A stretch of 64,000 bases of DNA, taken from a virus. The DNA lies in IMG/VR virus record IMGVR_UViG_3300023174_004998, positions 1 to 64,000 of that record; one strand, given 5' to 3'. Shown piece by piece: positions 62,801 through 64,000 of the stretch (its first letter is position 1; every line of letters begins with the position of its first letter). The notes beneath the pieces are model-generated. The model was not told the origin of the DNA. It did not search any database and saw only the letters and a list, made by a program, of their open reading frames with translations. The position numbers and the translations under genes are program-made.

Positions 62801-64000
62801 CTTGGTAAAGGTCTTGGGAGCATTGTATATCACACGCCCTAGATCATACGCAGGGCTCTGTGCTTTGGCAGCAGGCGATCCCAGGGCCATGGCTCCAGCC
62901 ACAGCGGCAGTGCCCAGAGCTTTGCCTAGGCCTTCGTCTAGATCATCCAATCTCCGTTGCCATTCTATTTCTTCTGGTGTACGAGGATCTTTCCAGTCGG
63001 GATTTTTTGTCAAATCCTGTAGTTCATAGGTATTAGCGCCCATTGGAACCAAGCCCAGGTACTGATGACTGTTGGGGGCCAAAAACGTTTGATCACTGCG
63101 CCAGCCACCTTGTTCCATGCCTTTGGCAGTTTTATACCAGGGTCGCCAACTATACTTAAACCTGACCAGGTTGCGTCCATCAATAATCTGTTGAGAAACA
63201 ACCTGTCTGAGCACTGCCTGTGTGCGGTATTGAGTATTTTGCTCTCTATCAGCCCAGGGATACCATACAATCTTGGCCTTTTTCTTCAACAAGGCACGTA
63301 TCTGATCCCCCAAGGGATTGTGCAAGTCTGCTTCAGTGCGTTTTCTGGGATGCCAGCTATCATCGTCGTCTTCGTCCTCCCAACGATCGCCATCATTTTT
63401 TGGTGGCTTGATCGGAGGTGATATTGATCCACCGCCTGGAGCAAATTCGGACAAGTTCTGTTGACGATACATCTGATACATTTTTACATAGTCTTGTTCT
63501 TGTCGAGTCAACGGACGACCTAATTTGACCTTAGCAATTATGAATCGATAGTATTGTTCAGCATCGCGATCTTTACTGACAGGAGTGGCAATAGTCTCAC
63601 CCACGTTGTAGGTAGGATCAGTCTTTTGTCGTGGCATACCTGCGGGCTGGTTGGGATCCACAGGGTCAATGTCTGTAGTATCAAGTCCTAATCTTTTTAA
63701 ATGGTCGATATACTTGTGTTCGGTATTTTCATCACCAAAACTTACAATGGTACTAGGTGGCCCTTTACCAAACTCGCTGGGGTCAACTTGATCTAGATTG
63801 GCAATGTGTTTGCCAAGTTTATACCAGTCGTACACATCTGAAACATCCACACGCACTGTGCCTCGGGGCATGGTGGGTTTGAATTCTGGGCCAGGCGGAG
63901 TCTGATCACCATATTGTGCGGCCACGCTGTCACCATCTTCGCTCACAGTGCTGGCAAAGAACTCAGGATATTTGTTTTGAAAATGGCGCATGATAATACC
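59804..64000 (-). CDS. Very large polyvalent protein (5' end outside window) containing a putative amidoligase (COOH-NH2 ligase) domain
   Basis: GFEAEL, IEPDGSL, GLEIVSP, TNSSTGLHM.IS, YIEFRSPGG; modules bounded by LSE/LDE/VRE/INE; frame open to the window edge. Confidence 0.75.
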   Translation of the reverse strand, partial: GIIMRHFQNKYPEFFASTVSEDGDSVAAQYGDQTPPGPEFKPTMPRGTVRVDVSDVYDWYKLGKHIANLDQVDPSEFGKGPPSTIVSFGDENTEHKYIDHLKRLGLDTTDIDPVDPNQPAGMPRQKTDPTYNVGETIATPVSKDRDAEQYYRFIIAKVKLGRPLTRQEQDYVKMYQMYRQQNLSEFAPGGGSISPPIKPPKNDGDRWEDEDDDDSWHPRKRTEADLHNPLGDQIRALLKKKAKIVWYPWADREQNTQYRTQAVLRQVVSQQIIDGRNLVRFKYSWRPWYKTAKGMEQGGWRSDQTFLAPNSHQYLGLVPMGANTYELQDLTKNPDWKDPRTPEEIEWQRRLDDLDEGLGKALGTAAVAGAMALGSPAAKAQSPAYDLGRVIYNAPKTFTKAGAEEELKGIARDLARGNQEIRVGGKRIWGGPQAQGERVAANGIGRTREDAYQAALNAAYADANRRYGPISIGEWRPVEHEADDLGGQFRAVVVIQGPAPVRENASGYIPTKKQARDPRFKTALTVDIKPGQLGKEANKLGLQTDSQGRPDLLMKNLANALKEFKESGEFEPINEVRMNTGTLEAWARSPEAQGIRAGFEAELIFRDTKRDDDEGDMEPDYDYDERADDIDHVIDFFSNDDWGYGLSGRGARDLRDTLFEEFVEWADEQIAESWSENAEDQVRDYMETNVWSDDEEREKRIADKIDELFPDDDSQAILQAGEDAPRFTRSSDQTAYAKQNELYQKYQEASDAAHEDFETEVISEVESQGEYYDNAREYYFEMMRDSGDYDERDFLRDRYGYMSDIANSNTLDWPYWTGGGSGGGDRDWSEIGDSLQQAVGMEVKVSGNYHSTTRKEGRWIIEPDGSLDPDDGDDMGLEIVSPPMPLLETIDKLKDVIEWAQNEADAYTNSSTGLHMGISIPYVGGDVDYVKLVLFMGDEYILDKFGRASNTYAASAMGKLKQNIQGARNRGDLTEAKTDPMGALELVQKNLIELAARYVQQGVGTSKYTSAHIQDGYIEFRSPGGDYLSMESRGEWDDIKDTMLRFARAMYIASRPDLERREYAKKLYKLISPGAQNDALKLFSEYSAGTIDKEQLKKQWADTVLQKEIPTTGKQEYEVYDMANKNSPDGIIDTFYARDYDTAYDQYTRKYSNDPRQLDVRLKQPWFDVMDSYGDIILTVRAGDIDRAKEKVQAEYGDRLSDDYEVYRRPDNTPEPEKKLSARAQMAKRIKEPKQKSNWDVVYKPTGRVIDSILRVDQDQAQKLLARVAVLHDFENADDLEIQPQDVKRAADNAQDSRDLKARIGEPQPAGGIGDWSAELRRHVQDIEPDVAQNFPQSSGAPFGNQFSGQWQVVDGAGRELYRFSGAGNNQGDANRIASMWARENNYSGALDVLPVMI

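Noticed and set aside
671-63421. Numerous short plus-strand and nested ORFs in the track
   Set aside because: They are antisense or out-of-frame shadows of well-supported minus-strand genes, with no motifs.
1-64000. CRISPR array, IS/transposase, integrase, rRNA, or introns/inteins in the polymerase
   Set aside because: No regularly spaced repeats or relevant motifs seen; the polymerase is continuous and of normal length.
1-64000. Stop-codon reassignment
   Set aside because: Genes are intact and tightly packed under the standard code, with TAA, TGA and TAG all used as stops.

Overview
A 64 kb segment of a large lytic T4-like/jumbo tailed phage genome. It uses the standard genetic code, is gene-dense and lies almost entirely on the minus strand; only one credible plus-strand gene (16992-17975) was found. 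Bug/TctC proteins and ahpC-ahpD suggest a betaproteobacterial host (inference). Reading in the direction of transcription (64000 to 1): (1) a ~15 kb array of probable capsid-packaged internal proteins that share an N-terminal M-R-A-x-E-F-x-x-E peptide like the T4 IP capsid-targeting sequence and carry varied cargo (amidoligase, GNAT, kinase-like, ParB-like, GIY-YIG, basic Cys modules), with a Dps gene embedded; (2) a replication block with family B DNA polymerase, a probable sliding clamp and, further on, RNase H; (3) a 7-deazaguanine DNA-modification set (DpdA-like transglycosylase, second QueD-like T-fold protein, folE, queD, queE, no queC in the window) mixed with glycosyltransferases, methyltransferases and a frameshifted galE; (4) many small early ORFs; (5) host-regulon-wired auxiliary genes: Pho-box plcP-agt-like lipid remodelling pair, OxyR-box ahpC-ahpD and a tRNA-Ile2(CAT); (6) a PP-loop ATPase/2OG-oxygenase/Bug/Bug/DctP cluster with a duplicated riboswitch-like RNA; (7) a leader-peptide attenuator upstream of a structured RNA at the left edge. 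All calls come from motif reading only; no searches were run.
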